A stretch of 64,000 bases of DNA. Origin: Clostridia bacterium. Its GTDB lineage: Bacteria > Bacillota > Clostridia > Oscillospirales > Acutalibacteraceae. The DNA lies in assembly GCA_017531385.1 (NCBI GenBank), contig JAFXLD010000043.1, positions 15,681-79,680 on the forward strand, read 5' to 3'. The notes beneath the pieces were generated by a model. That model was not told where the DNA came from. It ran no database searches and saw nothing but the letters and a program-made list of their open reading frames with translations. The translations under genes and the position numbers were made by a program. This document shows positions 47,682 through 56,462 of the stretch, piece by piece. Within the stretch, counting starts at the first letter, position 1, and each line of letters opens with the position of its first letter.

Positions 47682-47720
47682 AAAGGGCGAAGCCCTTTCC
47701 GCAATTGCGAATTGTGAATT
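47682..47720 (+). repeat. Intergenic repeat copy B, abutting the leuB stop codon
   Basis: The plus strand reads AAAGGGC-GAA-GCCCTTT CCGCAATTGCGAATTGTGAATT. Read on the minus strand, the same hairpin could act as the leuB terminator. Confidence 0.55.
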
Positions 47721-48789
47721 AAATTCTTTCTGTCACCAGGTCGCCCATCTTTTTACAGCCGACCTTTGTCATGCCTTCCTGCATGATGTCCCCTGTTCTG
47801 TAACCTTCATCAAGAACTGCATTTACAGCATTTTCGATTGCGTCTGCTTCCTGAGCCATATTGAATGAATAACGAAGCATCATTGCTGCTGAAAGGATTG
47901 TGCCAAGGGGGTTTGCGATGTCCATTCCTGCAATGTCGGGAGCAGAACCATGAATGGGTTCATACATACCGAGTGTACCTTCTGAAAGAGAAGCTGAGGG
48001 CATCATACCGATTGAGCCTGTGAGCATACTTGCTTCGTCTGAAAGAATATCGCCGAACATATTCTCTGTAACTGCAACGTCAAATCTGCCGGGATTTCTG
48101 ATAAGCTGCATTGCAGTGTTGTCAACGAGAATATCTTCGTATTCAACATCGGAATATTCCTCTGCAAGACGGTGCATAACGCTTCTCCAGAGTCTTGATG
48201 AATCAAGAACGTTTGCCTTGTCAACGGAAGAAACCTTGCCTCTTCTCTTTCTTGCAGATTCAAATGCAACTCTGCCGATTCTTTCAATTTCGTGCTCTGA
48301 ATATTTGAGTTCATCTGCGGCAAATCTTTCACCGTTTTCTTCGCCTGTTGTTCTCTTACCGAAGTAGATACCGCCTGTAAGCTCTCTTACGATGAGAAGG
48401 TCAATGCCGTCGCCGACAACTGAGGGCTTCAGAGGTGATGCATCTGCCAATTGCGGGAAGAGTTTTGTGGGTCTTAAGTTTGCAAAAAGACCGAGTTCAC
48501 TTCTTACTGCAAGAAGAGCCTTTTCGGGACGGATTGCAGGAGGACAGTCATCCCATTTGGGACCGCCTACAGCACCGAGGAGAACGCTGTCGCAGTTTTT
48601 ACACTGTGCCATGCCTTCATCTGTGATGGGCACACCGTATTTATCGATTGAGCAACCGCCGATGTCAACATATTTATATTCAAATTCGTGACCGAACTTC
48701 TCCCCTACTTTTCCAAGCACTTTAAGAGCTTCGTCAACTATTTCGGGACCGATTCCGTCACCTTTGAGAACAGTAATAACTTTTTTCAT
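47719..48789 (-). CDS. leuB: 3-isopropylmalate dehydrogenase
   Basis: 356 aa, [15 protein letters not shown]...[20 protein letters not shown]. Confidence 0.95.
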   Translation of the reverse strand: MKKVITVLKGDGIGPEIVDEALKVLGKVGEKFGHEFEYKYVDIGGCSIDKYGVPITDEGMAQCKNCDSVLLGAVGGPKWDDCPPAIRPEKALLAVRSELGLFANLRPTKLFPQLADASPLKPSVVGDGIDLLIVRELTGGIYFGKRTTGEENGERFAADELKYSEHEIERIGRVAFESARKRRGKVSSVDKANVLDSSRLWRSVMHRLAEEYSDVEYEDILVDNTAMQLIRNPGRFDVAVTENMFGDILSDEASMLTGSIGMMPSASLSEGTLGMYEPIHGSAPDIAGMDIANPLGTILSAAMMLRYSFNMAQEADAIENAVNAVLDEGYRTGDIMQEGMTKVGCKKMGDLVTERI

Positions 48790-48799
48790 AATTTTACCC

Positions 48800-49279
48800 T
48801 CACTTGAGTGAATTGAGAAGACCGTTTGAAGCGATGATCTCTTTTATGAATTCGGGGAAAGGCTGAGCCTTGTATTCCTCATTCTTTGTGATGTTTGTGA
48901 TAACACCTGTATCGAAGTCAACAGCAACTTCGTCACCTGTTGCGATTTTTTCGCTGGCTTCGGGACATTCAAGGATTGCAAGACCGATGTTTATAGCGTT
49001 TCTGTAGAAAATTCTTGCAAATGTTGATGCGATGACACATGAAATACCTGATTCCTTGATAGCGATGGGAGCATGCTCACGGGATGAACCGCAACCAAAG
49101 TTGGCTCCGCCGACCATGATATCGCCGTCTTTTACTTTATTAACAAATTCTGTGTCGATATCTTCCATACAGTGTGCTGCAAGTTCCTTGTGGTTTGCAG
49201 TATTGAGATATCTTGCAGGGATAATAACGTCTGTATCGACGTTATCGCCGTATTTATGTACAAAACCTTTGACGTTCAT
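48800..49279 (-). CDS. leuD: 3-isopropylmalate dehydratase small subunit
   Basis: 159 aa, short LeuD type, ...[14 protein letters not shown]... Confidence 0.93.
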   Translation of the reverse strand: MNVKGFVHKYGDNVDTDVIIPARYLNTANHKELAAHCMEDIDTEFVNKVKDGDIMVGGANFGCGSSREHAPIAIKESGISCVIASTFARIFYRNAINIGLAILECPEASEKIATGDEVAVDFDTGVITNITKNEEYKAQPFPEFIKEIIASNGLLNSLK

Positions 49280-50544
49280 TATTCCATAACCTCCTTGGGA
49301 TCAACGATGTGACCTACAACTGCTGTTGCGGCTGCAACTTCGGGGCTTGCAAGATAAATCTTAGATGACTTTGCACCCATTCTGCCTACGAAGTTACGGT
49401 TTGTTGTTGCAACTGCGATTTCGTCATCAGCAAGAATACCCATGTAACCGCCAAGACAGGGTCCGCAAGTGGGAGTTGAAACTGCACAGCCTGCGTCAAT
49501 GAAAATATCCATATATCCTCTCTTGATGCACTCTTTGTAAACTGACTGAGTTGCGGGGATAACGATACATCTTATATCCTTTGCAACTTTCTTGCCTTTA
49601 AGAATGTTTGCGGCAGCTTCCATGTCTGAAATTCTGCCGTTTGTGCAGGAGCCGATAACAACCTGATCGGGAACGATGTCTGTAAGCTCGGATGCAGGTC
49701 TTGTGTTTTCGGGAAGATGAGGACAGGCAACGGTTGAAACGATTTCTGAAAGATTGATAACATATTCTTCATCGTAAACTGCGTCTTCGTCTGCCTTATA
49801 AACTGTGAATTCACGGTTTACTCTGCCGTTTACATATTCAAGTGTTTTATCATCAACTTCAAAAATGCCGTTCTTTGCACCTGCTTCAATAGCCATGTTT
49901 GCCATTGCAAGTCTGTCGTCCATTGAAAGAGAATGAAGTCCTTCACCTGTAAATTCCATTGAACGGTAAAGAGCACCGTCAACACCTATCATACCGATGA
50001 TGTGAAGAATTACATCCTTACCTGAAACACCCTTCTGAAGTGCACCTGTAAGAGTAAACTTTATTGCCGACGGAACCTTGAACCATGCCTTACCTGTTGC
50101 CATACCTGCTGCCATATCTGTGGAGCCGATACCTGTTGAGAAAGCACCGAGGGCACCGTATGTACAAGTATGTGAGTCTGCACCGATAATGCAGTCACCT
50201 GGTGCTGCAAGTCCCTTTTCGGGAATAAGTGCATGCTCGATACCCATTTCGCCGACATCGTAGTAGTTTGTAATATTGAATGACTTTGCAAATGTTCTGC
50301 ACTGCTTTGTCTGCTGAGCAGCCTTGATGTCCTTGTTAGGAACAAAGTGGTCCATAACCATTGCAATTTTTGTGTTGTCAAAAACCTGATTGAAACCGTT
50401 TTTGCTGAACTCATTGATAGCAACGGGAGAAGTTATATCGTTGCCGAGAACAAGGTCAAGATTTGCCATAATAAGCTGACCAGCTTCAACAGATTCAAGA
50501 CCTGCATGAGCGGCAAGAATCTTCTGTGTCATTGTCATACCCAT
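49279..50544 (-). CDS. leuC: 3-isopropylmalate dehydratase large subunit
   Basis: 421 aa, aconitase-family, [11 protein letters not shown]...DSHTCTYGA...GSCTNGR... Confidence 0.94.
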   Translation of the reverse strand: MGMTMTQKILAAHAGLESVEAGQLIMANLDLVLGNDITSPVAINEFSKNGFNQVFDNTKIAMVMDHFVPNKDIKAAQQTKQCRTFAKSFNITNYYDVGEMGIEHALIPEKGLAAPGDCIIGADSHTCTYGALGAFSTGIGSTDMAAGMATGKAWFKVPSAIKFTLTGALQKGVSGKDVILHIIGMIGVDGALYRSMEFTGEGLHSLSMDDRLAMANMAIEAGAKNGIFEVDDKTLEYVNGRVNREFTVYKADEDAVYDEEYVINLSEIVSTVACPHLPENTRPASELTDIVPDQVVIGSCTNGRISDMEAAANILKGKKVAKDIRCIVIPATQSVYKECIKRGYMDIFIDAGCAVSTPTCGPCLGGYMGILADDEIAVATTNRNFVGRMGAKSSKIYLASPEVAAATAVVGHIVDPKEVME

Positions 50545-50562
50545 AATAATATCTCCTTAAAC

Positions 50563-52236
50563 TTATTTGCTTTTTTCATATCTGTTGATTGCTGAGAAAA
50601 GTGCATAAACAGATGAAAGAATGATATCGTCATCAACACCGACACCCCAGCTGACTTTACCGTCAGGCATTGTGATGCTGACATAGGAAACAGCCTTTGA
50701 TGTTGAACCCATATTCAGAGCGTGTTCTGTATATTCAAGGTGGTCAAACTTGATGCCGCCTTTATGAAGTGCTTTAACAACAGCATCAAGTGAACCGTTA
50801 CCGTTACCTGCAATGTCGTCAACAATTCCGTCTTTTTCAAATGTGAGGTAAGCGACTGTATCATTCTTACGTACAAAGTGACAATCAATATATTTAACGG
50901 GACCGTCAATGATATTGATATAGTTCTCTTTGAACACTTCGAAAACTTCCTGAGGCTGAAGCTCCTTATGAGCCTTGTCGGAAACATCCTTTACGCAGTA
51001 GCCGACATTTTCTCTCATCTTCATCGGAAGAATATAACCATACTGCTTATCAAGAAGATAACCGATACCTCCTTTACCTGACTGTGAATTGATACGGATA
51101 ACGTCTGTCTTGTATTCCCTGCCAACATCCTTGGGGTCGATGGGAAGATAAGGAACTGTCCAGTGTTCGCAGTCGTTGTCTTCTCTGTATTTCATACCCT
51201 TTGCGATAGCATCCTGATGTGAACCTGAGAAAGCAGCAAAAACAAGATTGCCCGAATAGGGTGAACGCTCATAAACTGACATTCTTGTAACTTTTTCATA
51301 AACTGCAACGATTTCGGGCATGTTTGAAAAATCAAGATCGGGGTCAACACCCTGTGAGAACATATTCATACCGAGTGTTACAATGTCAGCATTACCAGTT
51401 CTTTCACCATTTCCGAAGAGTGTGCCTTCGATTCTGTCTGCACCTGCAAGAAGCCCCAGTTCACAGTCTGCAACAGCACAGCCTCTGTCGTTATGAGGAT
51501 GAAGTGAAATTTCTACATTCTCTCTGTATTTGAGGTTATTGCTCATGTATTCAATCTGGTTTGCGTAAACGTGAGGCATTGAATGTTCAACAGTTACGGG
51601 AAGATTGATAACAACTTTTCTGTCCTGAGTAGGCTGCCATATATCAAGAACTGCATTGCAGACTTCAAGAGCATATTCGGGTTCTGTACCTGTAAATGAT
51701 TCGGGTGAATATTCATAACGATACTTTACACCGTATTCCTTAGCAAGTGAATCAAAGAGCTTTGCGCCTTCAATTGCAATCTGCTTGATTTCTTCCTTGC
51801 TCTTTCTGAAAACCTGTTCTCTCTGTGCAACTGATGTTGAGTTGTAGAGATGAACAATAACATGATTTTCGTTCTTTATACCTGCAAGACTTTCAAATGT
51901 CTTTTTTATGATATGTTCTCTTGACTGAGTGAGAACCTGAATTGTAACATCATCGGGAATAAGGTCGTTTTCGATAAGTGTACGCAGGAACTGATATTCT
52001 GTTTCACTCGCTGCGGGGAAACCGACTTCAATCTGCTTGAATCCGATTTTTACGAGAAGCTTAAAGAATTCAATCTTTTCTTCAAGACTCATCGGGATAA
52101 TAAGTGACTGATTACCGTCACGAAGGTCAACAGAACACCAGATTGGCGCTTTGTCGATATAAGTTTTATGCATCCATTCACCCTTTACCTCAGGTGGCAT
52201 AAAAAACTGTCTTGTGTACTTTTCTGTTCCTCTCAT
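50563..52236 (-). CDS. leuA: 2-isopropylmalate synthase (long form, about 557 aa)
   Basis: Starts at MRGTEKYTRQFFMPP...WCSVDLRDGNQ (AGAGGTGA SD). HMGL-like barrel with HPHNDRG. The track ORF's 36 extra N-terminal codons overlap the T-box terminator. Confidence 0.92.
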   Translation of the reverse strand: MRGTEKYTRQFFMPPEVKGEWMHKTYIDKAPIWCSVDLRDGNQSLIIPMSLEEKIEFFKLLVKIGFKQIEVGFPAASETEYQFLRTLIENDLIPDDVTIQVLTQSREHIIKKTFESLAGIKNENHVIVHLYNSTSVAQREQVFRKSKEEIKQIAIEGAKLFDSLAKEYGVKYRYEYSPESFTGTEPEYALEVCNAVLDIWQPTQDRKVVINLPVTVEHSMPHVYANQIEYMSNNLKYRENVEISLHPHNDRGCAVADCELGLLAGADRIEGTLFGNGERTGNADIVTLGMNMFSQGVDPDLDFSNMPEIVAVYEKVTRMSVYERSPYSGNLVFAAFSGSHQDAIAKGMKYREDNDCEHWTVPYLPIDPKDVGREYKTDVIRINSQSGKGGIGYLLDKQYGYILPMKMRENVGYCVKDVSDKAHKELQPQEVFEVFKENYINIIDGPVKYIDCHFVRKNDTVAYLTFEKDGIVDDIAGNGNGSLDAVVKALHKGGIKFDHLEYTEHALNMGSTSKAVSYVSITMPDGKVSWGVGVDDDIILSSVYALFSAINRYEKSK

Positions 52237-52275
52237 GGAATCACCTCTGTGTAAAATTATACAGATAACTAAATA

Positions 52276-52560
52276 GAAAAACTCCGTCTCAACAAAGAGA
52301 CGGAGCATAAGTCCGTGGTACCACTCTAATTGGTGAAAAATCACCCACTCAATTCACACATCGGGCACGAAGCCGAATATGCTACTTCATTAACGATGAA
52401 GCTCCGTTCTTCCTACACGACCGCCTTAAAGACGGTGTTCAGTCGACCGCTCGAAGGAGAGATACGATCACTCACGGCTACAACCTCACACCACCCGGTT
52501 GCTCTCTGAAAACACCGCTACGAATGACCCTTTAGCCTTGTCATTGCGTTTATCTGTATT
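52276..52560 (-). promoter_or_regulatory. T-box leader (leucine operon)
   Basis: The minus strand carries Stem I elements (AGAGAG, distal GGUGGUGUGAGG, CUUCGAGCG K-turn side) and the T-box sequence AAUUAGAGUGGUACCACGG. The terminator is CUCCGUCUC-UUUGUU-GAGACGGAG plus UUUUU (52276-52306). Leu codons CUC and CUG occur at the two possible specifier positions. Confidence 0.85.
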
Positions 52561-52566
52561 GCAGAT

Positions 52567-52595
52567 ATTATACTAAAAAGAAACCGGCAAGTCAA
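52567..52595 (-). promoter_or_regulatory. SigA-type promoter of the leu operon
   Basis: The minus strand reads TTGACT-17 nt-TATAAT. Confidence 0.6.
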
Positions 52596-52663
52596 CACTT
52601 TTTTACTAAAAAACTTTAACAAATTAAAGTGATGAATTATGTGGAATCTATACATAAAATCAG

Positions 52664-52744
52664 AATTTTTGTAGAGCTGAAGCTCTACAAAAATTCGCAA
52701 TTGGAAATTCGCAATTCGCAATTTTTGAAGGGGCTTTGCCCCTT
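52664..52744 (-). repeat. Intergenic repeat copy C1 (three AATTGCGAATT units flanked by two hairpins)
   Basis: The minus strand reads AAGGGGC-AAA-GCCCCTT CAAAAATTGCGAATTGCGAATTTCCAATTGCGAATTTTTGTAGAGC-TTCA-GCTCTACAAAAATT. The last element is a 14-bp perfect palindromic stem at 52664-52695. Confidence 0.55.
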
Positions 52745-52762
52745 ACCCCATTATAATGATTC

Positions 52763-52816
52763 AAAAGGTGAAGCCTTTTCCGAAATTGCGAATTGAGCAT
52801 TGTGAATTGCGCATTT
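52763..52816 (+). repeat. Intergenic repeat copy C2
   Basis: The plus strand reads AAAAGGT-GAA-GCCTTTT CCGAAATTGCGAATTGAGCATTGTGAATTGCGCATT. A further hairpin, TCGAGG-GCA-CCTCGA, lies at 52823-52837. Confidence 0.55.
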
Positions 52817-52855
52817 AATTTGTCGAGGGCACCTCGATAAATTATTGTTTATTTC

Positions 52856-53485
52856 TTAACACTGATTAATTATTGCCTTCACAAGCTCTTCTTTTATAAT
52901 CTGATGACCTGCAGATGTGGGATGAACACCGTCTGCACTCCAATATTCTGTATTGCCGTCTGCTGAAACATCGTCAAACAGATTCTGAAGCGGAACAAAG
53001 CTTAAATCATATTTATCGGCAACACGCTTTGCCGCATCAGCCCTCTTTTTAACTTCACTTCTGAATTGTTCCCACATTTCGATGGTTGCTTTCCCCTTTA
53101 AAACAAACGGCTCAAGAATAATGATCTTTATATCGGGAAGTGCTGTTCTGATTTCATCTATAAGCATAGAATAAATCTTTTCGTATTTCGCTTCATCAAC
53201 ACCGCATTGCATTGTCAGTTCGTGTGCAACATCATTCACACCAACGAGGATTGACATATAATCAGGCTTCAGATTGATTATATCTTCCTTTATACGTGCA
53301 TAGATATCCGTTACTCTGTCACCGCTTACTCCACGGTTAAAAAAACAGAAATCACCCTTTCTGTTTTTCAGAAAATCTGCTGCAACAAGTAAAGGATAAC
53401 CTGTCCCCAATCCGAAATTGACTCTGTCGTCATCTTCTCTGTTTGCGTCGGTTATTGAGTCCCCCTGAAACAAAAATGTCTTCAT
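52856..53485 (-). CDS. SGNH/GDSL-family hydrolase
   Basis: 209 aa from MKTFLFQGDSITD (block I GDS; AGGAGG SD), with GVND and a C-terminal DGVHP block. Confidence 0.85.
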   Translation of the reverse strand: MKTFLFQGDSITDANREDDDRVNFGLGTGYPLLVAADFLKNRKGDFCFFNRGVSGDRVTDIYARIKEDIINLKPDYMSILVGVNDVAHELTMQCGVDEAKYEKIYSMLIDEIRTALPDIKIIILEPFVLKGKATIEMWEQFRSEVKKRADAAKRVADKYDLSFVPLQNLFDDVSADGNTEYWSADGVHPTSAGHQIIKEELVKAIINQC

Positions 53486-53617
53486 ACAAGCACCTCCTGT
53501 TTTTTTATTTATTTTATCATAAGCTTTATAACAAAACAAGCCTGCAAAACTTTTTAATAATTGAGTTTTTTATTGAACTTATTGATAAAATCATTTATAA
53601 TATATCCGGTGATAAAA

Positions 53618-54127
53618 ATGGACAACACTTATCTTATTAAAAAGGCTTATGAGCTTCTTGAAAGAGTGACTCCCCTGACTTATGACTGCGGAAAACTCTG
53701 CGATGGTGAATGCTGTAAAGGTGACGGCAACACGGGAATGTGGTTATTCCCTTATGAAGAGGAAATTATAAAAAATATTGATGGTTTTGAAATCAAAGAA
53801 TGTGACGGAAATATGGGGAATAAAATGGTGGTTTGCCAAGGCTCCTGTGACAGAAAAACAAGACCTCTTGCCTGCCGTATTTATCCGTTTTTTCCAATGA
53901 TAACAGATGACGGATATGATGTAAGAGCTGATATAAGAGGTATTTCGGGTTGCCCGTTGCTTTATAAAAACATCAAAGCCGATTATGCTTTTATAAGACA
54001 GGTCAGAAAAATTGCAAGGCTTTTTGACCGTGATGAAACTCTGAAAAATTACATTAATAATATAAATTCCATGCTTGACGAAATAGAGAATTTTGCAAAG
54101 GAAATGACAGATGAACAAATATATTGA
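53618..54127 (+). CDS. YkgJ/UPF0153-family CxxCxxCC zinc/iron-chelating-domain protein
   Basis: 169 aa from MDNTYLIK, with CGKLCDGECCKG and later Cys residues (CQGSCD, CRIYPFFP). Confidence 0.65.
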   Translation: MDNTYLIKKAYELLERVTPLTYDCGKLCDGECCKGDGNTGMWLFPYEEEIIKNIDGFEIKECDGNMGNKMVVCQGSCDRKTRPLACRIYPFFPMITDDGYDVRADIRGISGCPLLYKNIKADYAFIRQVRKIARLFDRDETLKNYINNINSMLDEIENFAKEMTDEQIY

Positions 54128-54941
54128 TCTGCACACACATTCCACCTGCTCAGACGGAACTCTGACACCATCAGAAGTTGTAAAACTTGCGAAAGAGAAA
54201 GGACTTGCAGCCATTGCACTGACAGACCACGATACAATTGACGGTCTGAAAGAAGCAATTGAAGCAGGAAAGAAATACGGCATCCAAGTTATAACGGGAA
54301 TTGAGTTTTCCGTTGCGGGTGATACCGAAATACATCTTTTAGGCTTAAATTTTAATATTGACTGTCCTGCAATCAGAGAAATTCTGGACGAAATGATTAT
54401 TCAGCGTGAAAAAAGAAACTATATTGTGATTGAAATGCTCGGAAAAATCGGTATTCACATTACCATTGATGAGATTCATGCCGAAGCCACTTCAAGAGTC
54501 ACGGGCAGAAGCCAGATTGCAAAGGTCATGCTGAAACAAGGTTATGTTTCGTCAATAAAAGAGGCTTTTGACAAGTATCTTTCATTCGGAAAACCTGCCT
54601 ATGTGGAAAGAAGCACACTTTTTCCGGAAGAAGCAATCGATATTATTCATAAAAGCGACGGAAAGGCTTTTCTTGCACATCTGAATCAGACAGGGAAAAC
54701 AGATGAAAAGCTGTATTCACTTCTGTCAAACCTTAAAAAATGCGGTCTTGACGGTATTGAGGGATATTACACGGAATATACAGACGACATGAATTTCCGA
54801 TACAGAAAAATGGCTGAGGATTTAGGTCTTCTTCTTTCAGGAGGTTCTGATTTCCACGGCACAAACAAAGACGGCTATGAACTGGGTACCGGCAAAGGAA
54901 ATCTCAGAATCCCCTATAGTCTGCTTGAAAAGATTTTCTAA
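54111..54941 (+). CDS. PHP-domain phosphoesterase (TrpH/YciV-like)
   Basis: 276 aa, YIDLHTHSTCSDGTLTPSEVVKLAKEKGLAAIALTDHDT...GGSDFHG. It overlaps the upstream gene by 17 nt. Confidence 0.85.
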   Translation: MNKYIDLHTHSTCSDGTLTPSEVVKLAKEKGLAAIALTDHDTIDGLKEAIEAGKKYGIQVITGIEFSVAGDTEIHLLGLNFNIDCPAIREILDEMIIQREKRNYIVIEMLGKIGIHITIDEIHAEATSRVTGRSQIAKVMLKQGYVSSIKEAFDKYLSFGKPAYVERSTLFPEEAIDIIHKSDGKAFLAHLNQTGKTDEKLYSLLSNLKKCGLDGIEGYYTEYTDDMNFRYRKMAEDLGLLLSGGSDFHGTNKDGYELGTGKGNLRIPYSLLEKIF

Positions 54942-55024
54942 ATAATTATTTAATATTGATTTTATTTATTGCGTTATGTTATAATAATTTATGTATGAAT
55001 TCGATTCAAAGGAGATAGAAAACT

Positions 55025-56455
55025 ATGTACGATATTGCAATTGTCGGTGCAGGTGTCACCGGTGCAATGACAGCAAGAGAACTGTCAAGGTACAATCTCA
55101 GAATAGCACTTCTTGAAAAGTGCAACGATGTGGCTATGGGCGCTACAAAAGCGAACAGCGGTATAGTTCACGCAGGCTTTGACGCCGCAGAAGGCAGTCT
55201 TATGGCAAAGATGAACGTTGAAGGCTGTGCGCTTATGCCCGAAACTTGTGAAAAGCTTCATGTTCCCTATGTAAACAACGGCTCACTTGTTGTTGCATTT
55301 TCAGATGATGAGATGAAGCATCTTGAAGTCCTTCTTGAAAGAGGTAAGGCTAACGGCGTTCCCGAAATCAGCATTCTTTCAAAGGAAGAACTCCTCGAAA
55401 AAGAGCCCAATCTCAGTCCCGATTCATTCGGCGCACTCTATGCTCCCACTGCAGGTATCGTATGCCCTTACGAGCTTACAATTGCGGCGGCTGAATGTGC
55501 TGTTTTAAACGGTGTTGAATTTATAAGAAATTGCGAAGTACAAGCAGTTGAAACAACTGATGAATGTTTTGTGCTTGACACAACTCAGGGTAAGATAGAG
55601 GCTAAATATGTCATTAATGCAGCTGGTGTTTTCTCTGATGACCTTGCACGTATGGCAGGTGACGATACAATCAGCATCACTGCAAGGAAGGGCGAATATT
55701 TCCTTCTTGACAGAGCTGTAGGTAACACTGTAAGCCACACTATTTTCCAGTGCCCCAGCAAAATGGGTAAAGGTATTCTTGTTTCTCCCACTGTTGACGG
55801 CAATCTCCTTGTAGGTCCCACAGCTGAAGATATTGATGACAAGACTAACGTTGCAACATCAAATTCAGGGCTCAATGATGTAAGAAAGTATGCAGTCAAG
55901 AGTGTTCCTTCAGTCAACACAAGAAATGCAATCACTTCTTTCACAGGTCTTCGTGCACATGCAGCTGCACACGAATTCCTTATCGGTGTAAGTGAGAAAA
56001 ATTCAAGACTTATCAATGCGGCAGGTATTGAGTCCCCCGGACTTTCATCTGCTCCCGCTATTGCAAAATATATCGGCGAGATCGTAAAGTCAGTATTCGG
56101 TGAAATTGAAGTAAAAGCTGATTACGATGACACAAGAGAAGCTCCCGTCAGATTCAGACATATGACTGATGAAGAAAGAGCTGAGCTTATAAAGAAAAAC
56201 AGTGCTTACGGCAGAATCATCTGTCGTTGCGAAACAATTACAGAGGGCGAAATCATTGATGCTATCAAGGCTCCTGCAGGTGCAAGAGATGTTGACGGTG
56301 TCAAGAGAAGAACAAGAGCAGGTATGGGCAGATGCCAGGGTGGCTTCTGCGGTTCAAAGGTTGTTGAGATTCTTGCCCGTGAACTCGGCTGTGAAATAAA
56401 TGAAATCACAAAATTCGGCGGAAATTCAAACATTCTGTTCGAGAAAACAAAGTGA
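55025..56455 (+). CDS. FAD-dependent oxidoreductase, glycerol-3-phosphate-dehydrogenase (GlpA/GlpD)-like, with BFD-like [2Fe-2S] domain
   Basis: 476 aa, YDIAIVGAGVTGAMTARELS...SGIVHAGFD..., with C-terminal CRCETITEGEIIDAI...RAGMGRCQGGFC. Confidence 0.8.
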   Translation: MYDIAIVGAGVTGAMTARELSRYNLRIALLEKCNDVAMGATKANSGIVHAGFDAAEGSLMAKMNVEGCALMPETCEKLHVPYVNNGSLVVAFSDDEMKHLEVLLERGKANGVPEISILSKEELLEKEPNLSPDSFGALYAPTAGIVCPYELTIAAAECAVLNGVEFIRNCEVQAVETTDECFVLDTTQGKIEAKYVINAAGVFSDDLARMAGDDTISITARKGEYFLLDRAVGNTVSHTIFQCPSKMGKGILVSPTVDGNLLVGPTAEDIDDKTNVATSNSGLNDVRKYAVKSVPSVNTRNAITSFTGLRAHAAAHEFLIGVSEKNSRLINAAGIESPGLSSAPAIAKYIGEIVKSVFGEIEVKADYDDTREAPVRFRHMTDEERAELIKKNSAYGRIICRCETITEGEIIDAIKAPAGARDVDGVKRRTRAGMGRCQGGFCGSKVVEILARELGCEINEITKFGGNSNILFEKTK

Positions 56456-56462
56456 GGTGAGA

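Noticed and set aside
47711-47726. TTGTGAATTAAATTC as a Rex-type operator
   Set aside because: Only one half-site (TTGTGAA) matches. The second half (TTCTTTC) does not match TTCACAA.
52664-52695. 14-bp palindromic hairpin as the terminator of the GDSL gene or a divergent terminator
   Set aside because: On both strands the T-run precedes the stem and the A-run follows it. This is the reverse of an intrinsic terminator, so it is treated as part of the repeat cluster instead.
52518-52721. 67-aa minus-strand ORF upstream of leuA, and the 36-codon extension of the leuA ORF (52237-52344)
   Set aside because: They overlap the leu promoter and repeat region, and the T-box terminator, respectively. 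The true leuA start at 52236 has a good SD and matches the conserved N-terminus.
52690-52725. Tandem AATTCGCAATT units as a CRISPR-like array or CodY boxes
   Set aside because: The units are 11 nt, directly abutting or overlapping, with no spacers and no cas genes. The motif is 4 nt shorter than the CodY consensus AATTTTCWGAAAATT and lacks its dyad symmetry.
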